A stretch of DNA of 64,000 nt from Hyaloraphidium curvatum SAG 235-1 (GCA_025558095.1 JAIVFI010000006.1:248001-312000), one strand, 5' to 3'. Shown: positions 43,789-56,819, counted from the first letter of the stretch. Numbers and translations: made by a program. Notes: a model not told the origin generated them from the letters alone.

Positions 43789-44030
43789 TTGGAAAAGGTG
43801 TAAGTAGACTAGAACTGGAAGAGAGTATGCGGGCTGCATCACCTTCGGTTGATCCAAGAGGGGCGACTCGTTGGCCGATCGGCGGGGAGACAAAGCCGAT
43901 CGGCCTGATGCCATCCCGCATTTCACGCCTCGTTTCCCAAGCTCGCATCTCGCACGGACCGACACTCCGCGCCCGAATCGGTACTGAATCGGCCCTTAAA
44001 TCCGCTTCGCTTTGTCCGAGGAAGCCAAGA

Positions 44031-44993
44031 ATGGCCTACTTCTTTTCCGCGGACGCTACGGCGAAGCGGCCCCCGTTCCCGGACGATGCCCCGTTCACCT
44101 TCTCCCAGCCGCCGCATCCCAACTGGAACCCCGGGGACGCGCAGCCGTTTCCCTACGCAGACGATAGCGAAACTTTCTTTGAATCCGACTCGACGCCGAT
44201 GAGCGTACGCTACGGCCTTCTGATCAATGGAGTGCTCCCCCGGCCCATTGCACTTGTCTCGAGCCTGGCGCCGGACGGAAAGACGGTCAACGTTTCTCCT
44301 TACTCGTTCTTTAACGCTCTGTCCTCGGATCCGCCGACCGTGATGTTTTCGGCGATCAACTCGGTCCGTGCCAACGAGGGCAAGACCGTCGCTATCGAGA
44401 AGGACAGCGTTGTCAACGCCCGCACTCACGGCCAGTTCGTCGTGAACCTGATTTCGGAGTGTAGGTCAACGGTACAGGTCTTTTGAGTGTTTTGGGCTGA
44501 CCCAATTCATTTTCAGGGTATATGGAGCAGGCGAACTACTCGTGCGGCAATTTTTTGCCTTCTATCTCCGAGGCGGACTATGTCGGGATGCCGATGCTCC
44601 CATCAAAGCTCGTGAAGCCACCGCGCGTCGCCGCGGCAGCCTTTTCCATGGAGTGCACGTTGCACGACATCTACCAGCTAAAGAACGACAAAGGCATTGT
44701 CACCACCAACGTCGTCATTGGGAGAGTCGTTGGCATGCACGTCAAGAACGCCGTGTACGACAAGGACAAGAACCGGATCCTCCTCGACAAGTACAAGCCC
44801 GTCGGACGCCTTGGAGGAGTTGGTGGGTGCCAGCTGGGTGCCCGCTCTCAACTCCTTCTGACGTGCGGGCGCCCTCGAAGAGTACACGCGGGTGAACCAA
44901 GTCTTCGAGCTGCCGAGGCCCTACTGGCCGGATGGCAAGCCGCCGCCGAAAGAGGACGGAGCCGCGGAGCAAGCCAACGCCGAAAAGCTTTGA
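44031..44993 (+). CDS. flavin reductase-like FMN-binding protein (DIM6/NTAB family), multi-exon
   Basis: PRPIALVSS, NVSPYSFFN, KDS..N, FVVNLISE, PSKLVKPPRV, MEC, PVGRLGG. Confidence 0.88.
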
Positions 44994-45157
44994 AGATCTC
45001 GCTCAAACAGCAAATAGATGTCTATCGAATGCCGGCTCACAAACGTCGCGTCCAAATCTGCGATAGTCGATAGATGAGGTATGGGCCTGCGGCTCGCGAC
45101 CTCGCCTTCCGAACCCGCGAATCTCCTGTGAAGCAGAGGATTGGCTTCACTCGAGCT

Positions 45158-47762
45158 TCACTCGAGGAGGTACCAGTTCCACTGGGGCGCGTTGATAATG
45201 CTGCAAGCATGAGAAAGTTAGAAGAGCGCTCAGCTTCGTGCAATCGACCTGCACTGACAATCCCGTGATCCTGCAAGCGTGAGAAATGCAAACGTTAGAA
45301 GGAGTATGAAAAGAACCGACGTATACTGACCCTCCAGAGATGCAGGCAGAGAGAGGCACGGTGAGGAACCAAGAGATGAAACACCAGCCAAGAAGCTTCC
45401 AGTTGAGGCCCTTCGTTGTGCCGTTGCAGAGCCCTACCGCCGCTGTCGCCCCGGTGATGCACTGCGTGCTTGAGACGGGGATGCCAATGAAGGAAGCGGT
45501 CAGGACCGCAAACGACGCTCCAAGCTCCATCGAGAAACCGCGCGAAGGCGAGTGGTACGTCAGGTGGTTGCCCAGCGTCCGCATAACGTTGTAGCCCCTG
45601 AAGGCCGGCCAGCGTGAACCCATTGTATTCGAGCTGGGCGAACTGCAGCACATACCAGGTCGCGAGGCCGATGGAGATCGCGGCACCACCAAAGGCCTAG
45701 GTTGCTTGCCGTGAATGATGTCATAGTACACGCTGCGGTGGTCACTCACGAGAGTCCAAAGCTCGATCGGCGAACTCTTGGTCAGACGAATGCAGTATCC
45801 GCCGACCGACCAGATGGAGTAGATAGTAGCCAAAGGACCGATCGCGTTGGCAACGTCGTTGGAGCCGTGGCTGCCGGAAGGGGCACGATAAGGATGCGAG
45901 GATCGGTCAAGTACGAGGTCGCATACGCGAAGGACGCCAGCGAGCAGGTGAAGACCTGGAGGAACGAGTAGAGCTCCTCGGCCTTGGAGTCGTACACCAC
46001 GGCGACGTCGTGCAGGTAGGCGTACTTCTCGTTGTCGTGGTTGGCGATCTCCTGATTCATTCCCCACATGATCCTGTCTTTGACGGCGTTTCCCCACTGC
46101 TTCCAGGGGATGATCGGGCGGACCTCCACATTATCCGGAATGGGGATCCCCTCGTTTGCGTACATCTGGGCGGCGAGCTGGTCCGCGACGGGGTCGTTGT
46201 AGCCGGTGAGGGTGCGGCGAACAGTCGTGGTCCTGACGACGGCCTGGGCCGCGGTTCCCGAGCGGATGAGCGTTGGAGTCTCGCCCGTCACCTGGCGAAG
46301 GAGCGACCTCTGCGTCACGATGGCTTCAGGCACGACCTCCTCCTCCTTTCCGTTTGCATCCGTCTTCTCGGCTCCTTCCTCCAGCTCTTTGGCCTTGCGC
46401 TCGGCCTCCAGACGCTCCTGGCCCCCTGGAATGCCGTGAGCAGGAAACCCAAGCGCAAAGCGAAGCCCACGTACAAGGCGTTGAGGCAGAGGTAGCCTTC
46501 GGTTGTTCGGGTGTGCAGTGGATCACAGGAATGTGCCCTGATGCGCACATGCCAACGTCAGTGCAACTGGGAGGAGGGCGTGGAAACCAAAGCGGTTGCC
46601 CCATGGGGTGGTCGCCCTCTTCCCACTAACTCTCCGCACTAGCACTGGAAAACTCACAAAACTTGAGGTCCTCGTTGTTCATCAGGACGCGGCGGATCCA
46701 CGGAACGTAGAAGAAGTGCGCAAAGAGGGCGAGAAGGGCGGCGCCCCCGAGCCCGCCGAAGATGCACGCCAAGAGCTGCCACTGGGGCATGTTTTCCGGC
46801 TTGGGGAGGTTTGGCATGCCCTTGAAGATGATGCTGAAGTGCATGGGTGAGATGACGGCCGAAGGGAGAGCCCAACGAGGCAACTCACTACTCAATCATG
46901 ATCCCGACGCTGGATGAAACGAGTCAGTTGGGCAAGAACAGTCGGTATCCGTTGCAACGAACTTACGCGATGAAAAAGTAGAGCGGAAGGAACTGCAGGC
47001 CCCGCTCGAACGCGTTGTCGCTCGCGAGCACGAGGTACTTGACGGAGAGGTAGATGCCAGCGGCTAGGACGCCGGCAAAGATGGGTGCGGAGAACCAGGA
47101 GATGACGATTTTCAGCACTGCGGGGCGACGCGTCAGCCATTCCGTTCCCGCGACGTGCACAAGTGCGACCCACTCCCGTCCAGGCCCCACTGGACTGAGT
47201 TCCAGCCCGCGATCGCGACGGACATGCCGATGATGCCTCCGACGAGCGAGTGGGTCGTGCTGACGGGCAAGCCGAACCTCGTTGCGGTAATTACGGTCGT
47301 CGCTGAGCCGATCTGGCGGCAAACCATCAAGTCGGGTCCGAATAGGGGGCGGGGAAGTCGTACCAGGGCGCAGAACATGCCGAGCATGAGCATCTCGGGC
47401 TCGTCCTTGAAGTTGTTCAGGTCGGCGATGCCAGACCTGGCGGACGGGGGGAGCATCAGCATGCGGCCGACATCGCGCAGCTTGAAGCCCACTTGATCGT
47501 CTCGGCGGTGGATTTGCCGAGGAGGAAGGCTCCTAGGAACTCGGCGACGACGGCGATGTACACCGCCTGCCGCAAGGTAATCGTCTTCGACGCCACGGCG
47601 GTGGAGAACCTAGCAGCGGATGTGATGAGCGCGGGCTCGGGGGAAGATTCGGGGCCAGGGGACCCACGAGTTGGCGACGTCGTTGGCCCCGATCGCGTAC
47701 GCGTCCGCGAACGCGACGAACAGGCCGCACACGAAGATGTACGTGTAGCCCTGGGGCGGCAT
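45158..47762 (-). CDS. PHO89: inorganic phosphate permease, PiT/PHO89 (SLC20) family, many introns
   Basis: Two signatures, GANDVANS and HGSNDVANAIGP; LPVSTTHS, SPSRGFSMELG, IPVSSTQCITGA. Confidence 0.9.
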
Positions 47763-48704
47763 CGTGGAGAGCGGGTTCGGGGGCTGCGGGGGTGGGATGG
47801 TCGGCGCGGATCGGCGGACGCCGTGGGCGGCCCCCGCGGGCTCGCGCAGGCAGCACTCGCGTACCAGCCCGTCAGGGCACACTGCCGGAGGTTGTGACAT
47901 GGTTCCGGAGTCGCTTGCGGGGGCAGGAAGCTCGGTCGGTGCTTCCGGATCGGGCGGCCAGATGCGAGGATCGGCGCACCACCACCCGGAGCGCGTGGAC
48001 ACAAGGTTGGTCCCTGACCAGCGACTCCATCCGTCAGCGGATCAAACCACGGAGCGCGGTGTCGGGAATCCGCATCCAAGATGAATATATTCAGTAGGTC
48101 TTGGATATCGTGCGCTGTGCGCCGCTCGTGCACGCTCCACGTAGAGCGGAGATGGAACGTCAGATAGGGCGCTGGAAGCCCCGGCAAGCGCGGAACCGAG
48201 ATCGGTCCGATCCAGGACCACGAATGAACCTCACCGGTGCATGTCCGCCTCTTCCGCGTCGCCGGCACGCCCGTGATTCGCAGAGATCGCGAAGATCGGG
48301 AGAAGGAGCGGCACCGGGGCACACGGGCACGTGCGGGGCTGGTGGGTCCGCAAACCGTCGCCGCCCTGCCCTGAAAAGTCCGCCATGGTTCTCGCGGGCA
48401 ATGGAGCATGGCAGCAGACAGTCGGGGTTCATGGCCCACAAACTGCTGGTGTGATTCTGGCGCGTCCTTTCAGGGGATTGAGGCGGCGCAAGCAGAGGGA
48501 CGGCAGACTGGCCACCAGTCGCAACAGCAACCGGAGGGGGTCCAACACAAGGTTTCGCCGAAGGTAGCAAAGACATCACATTCGAAAAGATACGATACAC
48601 GCTGCCGCACTGCTTGCAAATCGTCCAGCTCCGCCGGGTCCTCCGCCCATTGCCCAAAGTCCAGCCAGGAAACGCCTCCACGGCCGCCTCCCGGCCCTGT
48701 CCAC

Positions 48705-49648
48705 CTACAACGGCCATCCTCTTGCCCCCCCCTTCCTTCTAACCTCCCCCCCGCATCCTCCCGGTCCCTCACGCAACCGCCACGTCGAGCTCCCACCACC
48801 CCTCGTCCGCGCCGATTGGACCGTCGAGGTCCCGCGCCTCGAATCCGACCTCTTCTTCGAGAGGAGGGAAAGGGCTGCGAGGACCGAGATCCGCTCGGCG
48901 AGCACGAGGAGGGGCCGGAGCCGCTGCTGGGCATCCGCCTCCCCGCAAAGGGAGGGGGCCGGGAGCGCTGCGGGCTCACCGGGTCCGGCCTGTTCTGGCG
49001 GGAGCTGGACGAGGGCGTGCACGAGGGGGTCCGGGAGGCCGAGTTGGGAGGCCAGCTGGTTGAGGGCGAGGCGCGAGGAGAGCTCGTCGAGGCGGGCGAG
49101 GAGCATGGCGTTGGATTGCTCCAGGGCCGAGAGGCGTGCCTGCAGGAGGGAGTTTTCCTGGGTCAGCTCTGCGTTGCGGGTTTCGAGTTCGGCCATGTAG
49201 CGGCGCTTGCGGTCGCGCGAGTCCTGCGCGGCGGCGCGGTTCTTCATTATCCTGGGTAAAGAGAGAAGTCAGGATTTGCTGCGGAGAGGGCGATGGATGG
49301 TTTGACGCACCTCTCGTGCTGCTTGACGGCCTTCTGCTCTGGCGTCAGCACCTGGCGCTTGCCCTTGGGGCCCGTGCGCTTCTTGACCATGGCGGGCCGC
49401 AGCGGCACGGCGTCGGACGGGCGGGCCTCGGGCGACGGGCTCGGCGACGGCGCGAACAGCGCGGATGGGTCGATTGCCGGCGCCTCGGGCCGCGGCACGG
49501 CGAGCAGCGAGGCGAGGTCGACGCCGGCGGCGGCAAGCGCCTCGACGAGCGAGGCGCCCGGCGGCGCCCACGTGGCGTCGGACGACGACGGCGACGGCGC
49601 CTCGGCGAGCTCGAGCAGGTCGCCAACGGCGAGGTCCGCGAGCGCCAT
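48705..49648 (-). CDS. HAC1: bZIP transcription factor, HAC1/XBP1-like; spliceosomal intron 49252-49310; unspliced form ends at 48705, Ire1-spliced form at 48769
   Basis: KRQVLTPEQKAVKQHER|IMKNRAAAQDSRDRKR plus a leucine zipper; twin CNGCAGC hairpins downstream. Confidence 0.85.
48927..48970 (-). other. predicted Ire1-excised non-canonical 44-nt intron
   Basis: Hairpins GAGC-CCG/CAGC-GCTC and GCC-CAG/CAGC-GGC on the mRNA strand; 44 mod 3 = 2, as in the 26-nt XBP1 and 20-nt hacA introns. Confidence 0.8.
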
Positions 49649-50348
49649 GGTGTCCCTAACTGGTGTCCCTAGACCGTGTGCGGGCGCGCCCTACCGCGGG
49701 AGGGAGCGTCGGTTGGTGGAAGAAGTTTCGCTAAGTTGTCCTCGGCTCCCTCCCGCGTGCGTGGCAGGTTTTATGGCGGGTCAATGTTCGGCCGATTGCG
49801 ACGTGGCAGACTTTGTCGGTCCCTTGCCTTGCGCGGCCCGTGCTCAGCCCCATCGAACCGCAGAGAAAAGTCGACACAGCACCTGCGGCAGCGTAGCCAC
49901 GGCCTTCAACCGGGTCTAATGGCGATTGACAGCTCCAAGGAAAGCTTTTGGCCGGCACCGGAGCGGAACTGGCGCGGATGGGGGTCGCGGTATCCTTGTG
50001 TATTAGCAACAGAACAAGACGTTCGCCGACAAGCAGAACGGTCCAAGCCCTCGGCTCATTATTAATGACCTCAGAAAACACACCCAGGGTCAATCCTGCC
50101 CTGGATGCTTGTCCAGGAGGTGGCCCGCCTTGTCCGTTCCTCGATTGCCACCGATCGCCAGTCTCCTCCACCGCTCGCCGTCGTCCAGCTCCCTTCCGTA
50201 ACCATCCGACGACCAATAGGACCGACTCTGGCAGCTTTTATCTCGAAAGCGTTGCCGGCGATCGCTCAGGGTTCTGAGATGACTCAAATTGACATAAAGC
50301 GAGATTGAGCCGACACCTCTGTCTGTCTCCCGGCCGGAAACACGCGCC

Positions 50349-51743
50349 ATGGACGCTTCAAAGCTGCCGAAAGAGCTCAAGCGCGCCTATCTGGCACGGG
50401 TCGTCGACGGACCGGTGCAGCCGGACCACTTCCGCGTGGAAACCACGCCGTTCGACCCCGCGGCGGCCGAGGTCAAGGACGGCCAGCTCCTCGTCCTCAA
50501 CAACTTCATCAGCGTGGACCCCTCGACACGGACCCTGCTCGAGGCGCCCGTGCAGGCGGCCAGCCACGGCGTGATGGCGGTCATCCGCGTGGGATCGGTC
50601 ATGGGGCCGCGGCCGGCCGTTGCCACTGTCATCCGGTCCAACGTGCCCGACTACAAGGAAGGGGACGTGCTGTGGGTGCGTTGGGCTCGGATACGCGGTC
50701 GATGTATCGGGACCAGCGTTTACTTGGCACCCGCAGGCCCGCGTGAACTACGAGACCTACTCGGTCATCCCTGCCGCCCAGGTCATGAAGAAGATTGCCC
50801 CGCCGACGCCCTCCTACCCTATCAGCTACCACATCGGCCCGCTGGGCTGGATCGGCATGACCGGTGGGTATCCTGCGTTCCCATTTGGTAGGTCAACTGA
50901 TCGATGAGCTGACCAACTGTGCTCCCCCGAATCAAACTTCCATGTTTGGACCACTGCTTTCTCGGTTTGCGCTCTTGTCACACTTCGGAACCTCCAACAG
51001 CCTACTTCCCCCTCCTGGACCCCGCCAACGGCAACCTCCAGCCCGGCCAGACCATCTTCGTCTCCACCGCCGCAGGCGCCGTCGGCCAGCTCGTCTGCCA
51101 GATCGCCCGCCGCATCGTGGGCCCCTCGGGCCGCGTGGTGGGCTCCGCAGGCTCGGATGAAAAGTGCAAATGGCTGCTGGAGGAGCTCAAGGTCGACGCG
51201 GCGTTCAACTACAAGACCCGGGACACGGCGGAGGCGCTGGCGGAGCTGTGCCCCGATGGTATCCACGTCCATTACGACAACGTCGGCGGGGAGATGCTGG
51301 ACGCCGCCATGGGGAAGATGGTGCAGGGCGGGAGGATCATCGCATGCGGGAGCGCGAGCAAATGTGGGTGGTCGCCGTTACCCAATGATCGAGACCCTGC
51401 ATCTCATGGTGGCCTCCTGCAGACGACGGAAAGGCCCCGTCGGCCGGCATTCCGATGAAGAATACAGACCTGATCGTCATGAAGCGGCTCCAGATCAAGG
51501 GCTTCATCGTCGTCGACTACTTTGCGGACAAGCCGCTCGTGGAGCGCTTCTGGACCGACATGCCCAAGTGGGTCGCCGAGGGATCGATCAAGATGAAGGA
51601 GGACAGGAGGAAGGGGATCGAGAGGTTCGTGCGTCCACCGTATTCTTCCTCGGAGCCGGCTGACCGCGATCGCTAGCTTCCCGCAAGCATTTTGCGATCT
51701 GATGAACGGGAAGAACGACGGCAAGCTCATGATTGAAGTGTAG
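50349..51743 (+). CDS. NADP-dependent alkenal/prostaglandin reductase-like oxidoreductase (MDR family), copy 1, multi-exon
   Basis: ISVDP, GWIGMT, VSTAAGAVG, VVGSAGSDEK, AFNYK, PDGIHVHYDNVGG, NDGKL. Confidence 0.9.
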
Positions 51744-51818
51744 CCTTAAAGAGCGCCCGTGTCGAACAGAGCTCTGATGATCGCGAATCGGACCCAAACG
51801 CGTCCGGAACGCGTAATC

Positions 51819-52304
51819 ATGGGATCCGACAAGCTGCCATTTGAGATCCGGGCCGCCGTCGCCGAGGATTTGCCCCGCATCCTCGAGCTCATGCCCCGGC
51901 TCGCGCAGTTTCCCCTCCCACCCGAACGGCATCGCGATGTGGACGCGATTTGGTCCGGCGATGCCGACCTCCTACGTTCATGGGCAGCGGGACCGCTGCC
52001 CGGCTGCGTCGTGCTCGTGGCGGTCTCCGAAACGGAGCTGCTCGGACTCGCGTTTGCTCGGTTTCGGGAGGAGCTCATTAGCCATCGGCCGAGCGCCCAC
52101 TTGGAAGCTCTGGTCGTCGCAGCCTCGGCGGAAGGAAAAGGCATCGGCAGCGCCCTAATGGACGCGGTGGAGAAGAAGGTGGTCGAAGGCGGAGCGACGA
52201 GTCTGACATTGCACGCCTTCGCGACGAACGAACGGGCGAGGGCGGTCTATGAGCGAAAAGGCTTCAACGGCGAGCTGATCCGGTACATAAAGCATCTGGA
52301 CTAG
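51819..52304 (+). CDS. GNAT-family N-acetyltransferase, intronless
   Basis: IRAA..EDL, LVV...AEGKGIGSALM, NERARAVYERKGF. Confidence 0.88.
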   Translation: MGSDKLPFEIRAAVAEDLPRILELMPRLAQFPLPPERHRDVDAIWSGDADLLRSWAAGPLPGCVVLVAVSETELLGLAFARFREELISHRPSAHLEALVVAASAEGKGIGSALMDAVEKKVVEGGATSLTLHAFATNERARAVYERKGFNGELIRYIKHLD

Positions 52305-52391
52305 GCGGCCGGTGGCTTGTCGGAAGGGACCGTTTGTGTTGTTGGGAGCCCCGGCCCCGACTTCCCGCACATTTCCTCCGAAATTCCCGCT

Positions 52392-54028
52392 ATGCCGACG
52401 GTCGAAGAGGACAACGTGGTCGCCGCCGTGCTCGAGCGGCTCAATGCCAGGTCGCCTGGGCCCCCTAACCAGGGCTCGACGGCGTGGATGATGATGTCCA
52501 CGGTGCGTCGCAGACCCTTGCCACATGGCGCTCCACGAGGATGACCTCGCCGGATCCCGGCAGGCGCTCGTCTTCCTCATGATTCCCGGTCTCGGCTACT
52601 TCTATTCCGGCCTGGCCCGCCTCCGGCACGCCCTGTCGCTGGTCTTTATGTGCTTTCTCTCCATTACCGTGGTCGCGATTCAGTGGTTTCTCTTCGGCTA
52701 CTCACTGGCATTTGCCCCGTCGTCGAGCATCTGGATTGGTGGCGGGAGCTTCTGTCTCCTGCGCGGAATTTGGTACGATGTCCCGGTTGGCGAGGCGTCC
52801 TCGCTCGTCTTCATGATTCTCCAGCTCATGTTTGCCACAATCGTGAGTTGGACTAGGTCTCACCCCCTGCTGAATACCTTTGTTGAGGCCTCTCCCCGCA
52901 GACACCCGCGATCATCTTTGGCTCGGCCGCGGAGCGGATCCGCATCGTGCCTGCCGCCGTCTTCATCTTCATCTGGTCCACCGTCGTCTACTGCACGATT
53001 GCGTACTGGGCCTGGGGCCCGTCTGGCTGGGCCAAGACCATGGGCGTGCTCGACTTTGCCGGTGGTACCGTCGTGCACATTTCCTCTGGCTTCGCGGCGC
53101 TGGCTTATGCCCTGGTTCTGGGGAAGCGCCACGGACACAAGGACGAGTTCAAGCCGCACTCGGCTTCCAACGTCGCCCTCGGGACGGCTCTTCTTTGGTT
53201 CGGATGGTTTGGCTTCAACGGAGGATCCGCGCTCGACGCAACGGATCGTGCTGTCATGGTAAGCCACACTGGACTCGCGCCTGTCAAGGCGATAGGCCAA
53301 CACGTTCCCTGCAGGCCATAATCGTCACCCACCTGTCGGCGGCGGTCGGCGGAGGCACCTGGGCCCTGCTCGACAGGCTGCGCAAGGGCAAATGGTCCCT
53401 CGTCGGCTACTGCTCCGGCGCCGTCGCCGGCCTCGTCGGAATCACCCCCGGCTCCGGCTTCGTCTCCCCCGCCTCGGCTCTGGCCATCGGCGCCTCGACC
53501 GCCGTCGCGTGCCACTTTGGTGTGGAGCTCAAGCACAAGCTCGGCTTCGACGACGCGCTCGACTGCTTCGGCGTGCACGGGATCGGCGGCATCTACGGGT
53601 GCATCGTCGCCGGCATCTTTGCCGAGAACTCAATCGCCCAGCTCGACGGGGCGACCATCCCCGGCGGCTGGCTGGACGGCAACTGGGTGCAGGTGCCGAT
53701 CCAGATCCTGGGCGCCTTTGCGGGGGCCGCGTGGTCCTTCGTACTCAGCTACGCGCTGCTCTGGCTGATGAACAAGGTGCCCGCGTTGGAGCTGCGGCTC
53801 AAGAAGGAGAAGGAGATCATCGGGACCGACCAGGCCGAGCACGGCGAGGACGCGTACCAGTTTGTGACGACCCTGTCAAAGCCGCAGGAATGGGCCGCGC
53901 GCGCACAGGACGGCAGTCAGCGACCCGAGCTGATCGTCGTCGCGACCAGCTACCTCGCGGAGGAGGCAGCGACGGAGCCTGAATCCCCCGTCACTGCCCC
54001 GGAGGCGCCCCACGATCATTCGAACTGA
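52392..54028 (+). CDS. MEP: ammonium transporter (Amt/MEP), multi-exon
   Basis: LVFLMIPGLGYFYSG, DFAGGTVVHISSG, WFGWFGFNGGS, GAVAGLVGITP, DDALDCFGVHG. Confidence 0.95.
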
Positions 54029-54082
54029 CAATGATGCAAGAATGCTAGAATGCTAGACTGTACATTGCCCTGCCCATTATGC

Positions 54083-56704
54083 TCAATCCTCCGCAATGCC
54101 CATCCCCCCCACGGACGCCACCAGTTCGTCCAGCTCCTCCTCCACCGCCGCGCCCAGCTCGGACGCCTGCGACGACTGCGAACCATCCCCGCCCTCGGCG
54201 CGGTACCTCGCCGACACGATCTTCATGAGCTCCCCGTGCGCCACCCCCGGGTTCTCTTTCTTGATCGACGCAAAGTTGGCGGCCATGAAGAGCTGGAACT
54301 TCGAAGGTGCCCGCTGCTTGTACGGCGTGCCATCCTTCTTGAGCTTCTCGAGTGGCTCGAGGCGGGAGCGGCACGCGCCGCAGGCATGCACGGCCACATC
54401 GATCGACTTGGAGTGCCTGCCGTATCTTGTCCCGCCGCGTCAGCCCCCCCCACCGCGACCAGGGCAAAGAAAGCACCCACATCTTCCCGCACGCCTCGTT
54501 GACGCACCTCCACCTGAACCTGTAGTCGATCTCGTACTCGTGGCACGTCGCCACCTCGACGTCCGGGTAGGCCCGCTCCGCCTTGGCCCCCCACCTCTTG
54601 AACTCCTTCCCGTGCGGCGGCCTGTCCACCCTGTCCACCAACCACGCCGCGGCATGGCACATCTCGTGCACCAGCGTGCTCCGCAGCTTCCCTTCGGCGT
54701 CGAGGACCTTGGTCGACAGCTCGATCCGCGCGTGGTAGGTCCATTCGCTCCCCCCGAGCGGCCGCTCGCGCCGCGTGTGGGTGCGGCCGGCGGTGGTGTT
54801 GAGCTTGTTGCTCCATTCGATCGGGAGCGAGGCGGGGAGGAGGGAGGAGAAGATGCGGGCGTTGAATTCGGCGTAGAGGTCGCGCGCGAGGCGCTCCCGT
54901 TCGCGGCGGAACTTGGCCTTGGCGGCCGGGGTCTGCGAGCCCGAAGGGGCGGGGGAGGAGGGGGCGGGTTTGGAGCGCGGGGTGCCGGGGAGCGAGGGAG
55001 CTCTCGGGGCGGTGGTCCGCGGGGATGGGGGGATGCTGATCCCCGCCGCGACCGCACCGCCCATCTTGTTCCTGATCCCCGGGCTCGACGGCACCAGCAC
55101 GCTCGGCCGATCTTCCGGGGACCTTCGCCTCAGCTCCCACTCGGGGCTCTTCTTGGGCGTCCAGACGTCCCCCTCGTCGTCGTCGTCCAGGGGGATCGGT
55201 GCACGGGAGGGCGTCCGGGGGTGCAGCGGGGGACGCATGAGAACGGGGATCCGGCTGGCGGAGCCGGGCGCGGAGGGAGGAGGAGGCACGCCGCCGGCGA
55301 TCTTGACGGGCCGCTTGGAGGTCGTCCCTTCGCTGGACGAGGGAATGGAGTCAACCGAGCGAACCATGCAGCAAACCGCATGGGAGCTCACAAGACGATC
55401 AGCGGGCTGTCGTCCTCCTCGTCCCCGTCCTCGGCGGCCGACGACGCCGACCCGTCCTCAGACCCGGGCTCAAACTCCCCGTCGCTCGACCCCGAACCTT
55501 CCTCGGATCCTTCGTCCTCCTGCGATTCCTCCGATTCCTCCGACTCCCCGCTGCTGCTCCCCTCCCAGCTCCCCGCGCTCCTCCTTGAAGCCCTCCCCGC
55601 CCTGTCGAAAAGCGAAGGCGTCTTTGGCGGCGGCGACAGCCTGTCCGTCGGAGAGGACCTGCTGGCCGAGGAGCTGCTGGTCCCGCTGTCCCCCTTGCGC
55701 GCCGTCTCAAACGGTTGCGGGGCATCGTTTTCGTCGTCGTCGTCGTCGCTGACGATGCGGCGGGAGCGGGACCGACGCGCGGTGGCGAAGACGGGGGAGG
55801 GTGAGGGGCTCGCTGACCTCTGCGCGGGCGCCGGTGCGGGCGGGGTGAGGCTCGGCGAGCCCGAGGGGAGCGGGAGGGACGGCGACGGCGGGGCGGAGGC
55901 GTCCGAGTCGCTGTCGTCGGGCACGGTGCGGCGCACGCGCTTGGCTTTGGTGGAGCGGAAGATGATGGGGGAGGGTTCGTCGTCCGAGGGCGTGGCGGGG
56001 CGCGGGGGAGGGGATGACGGGCCGCAGCCGGCAGGCCGGTTGTCGGCCCCCAGGGGTGCGAAGTTGGGCGACATGATGGTGTCGGCGAAGAAGGCCACGT
56101 CCGAGGCGGCTGATTCGGGCGCTGCTTCGGGGGCGTCGCTGCCTTCCTGCGACCCGGGCAGGTCGTTGTAGGCCTCGACGATGGCCGCCACGGGGTCCGC
56201 GCCCTCCTCGTCGTCGCTCTCCACGACAGCGTAGCGCTTCTTGGTGCGCCTCAGGAAGACGGGCGAGTCGTCGTCCGCGGCGGGCCGTGCGGGCGAATCT
56301 ACGACCCCGGTGGCCCCGGTGCTTTCCAGCGTCAACGCCGCAGCCTCGCGCGCCAGCTCGTCGACGTCCAGCTCGCCCAGCGACTGCCGCGGCTGGCCCG
56401 AGGTGCGCCTGCTCGGCGGCGCGGGCTTGGCCAGCGACCGCCACCGCCGCGGCAGCTCCTTCTCCCCCGCGCCCGCATTCTCCGCGTTCTCCTTGTCGAA
56501 GCCGTCGTCCGACGGTTCGTTTTCGGGCGACGGCGGGTCCCACGCGGCGAACGACGCCTTGAGCGGCGACCCGCTGCGGGGCCGCGTCGGGCTGCCGGCG
56601 GGGCTCGCCGGCGGCGAGAAGAACACGTCGGACCCCGCGGACGACGCCGCGCTGCCCAGAGAAGCCCGCCCGAAGGAGCCGCGCCGCGATTCCGCAAACG
56701 CCAT
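54083..56704 (-). CDS. GCNA: SprT-domain protein with a long acidic disordered N-terminus, Zn ribbon and HMG-like tail (GCNA/ACRC-like), multi-exon
   Basis: Acidic/Ser-rich ORF 55388..56830, then WSNKLNTTAG, IELSTKV, HEMCH, PHGKEFK.W, CHEYEI.YRF.WRC, CGACRS, F..F.A.NFASIKKENP. Confidence 0.82.
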
Positions 56705-56819
56705 GGCGGTACACGCGGTTGATTCGGGACTTGGGCGCGGAGGGCGCGGCGACCACAACAACGCGCCCCGGCAAACAATCACGAAGCCGGTGCCCGAGCA
56801 CCGCCGAAACCCCGGCAAG

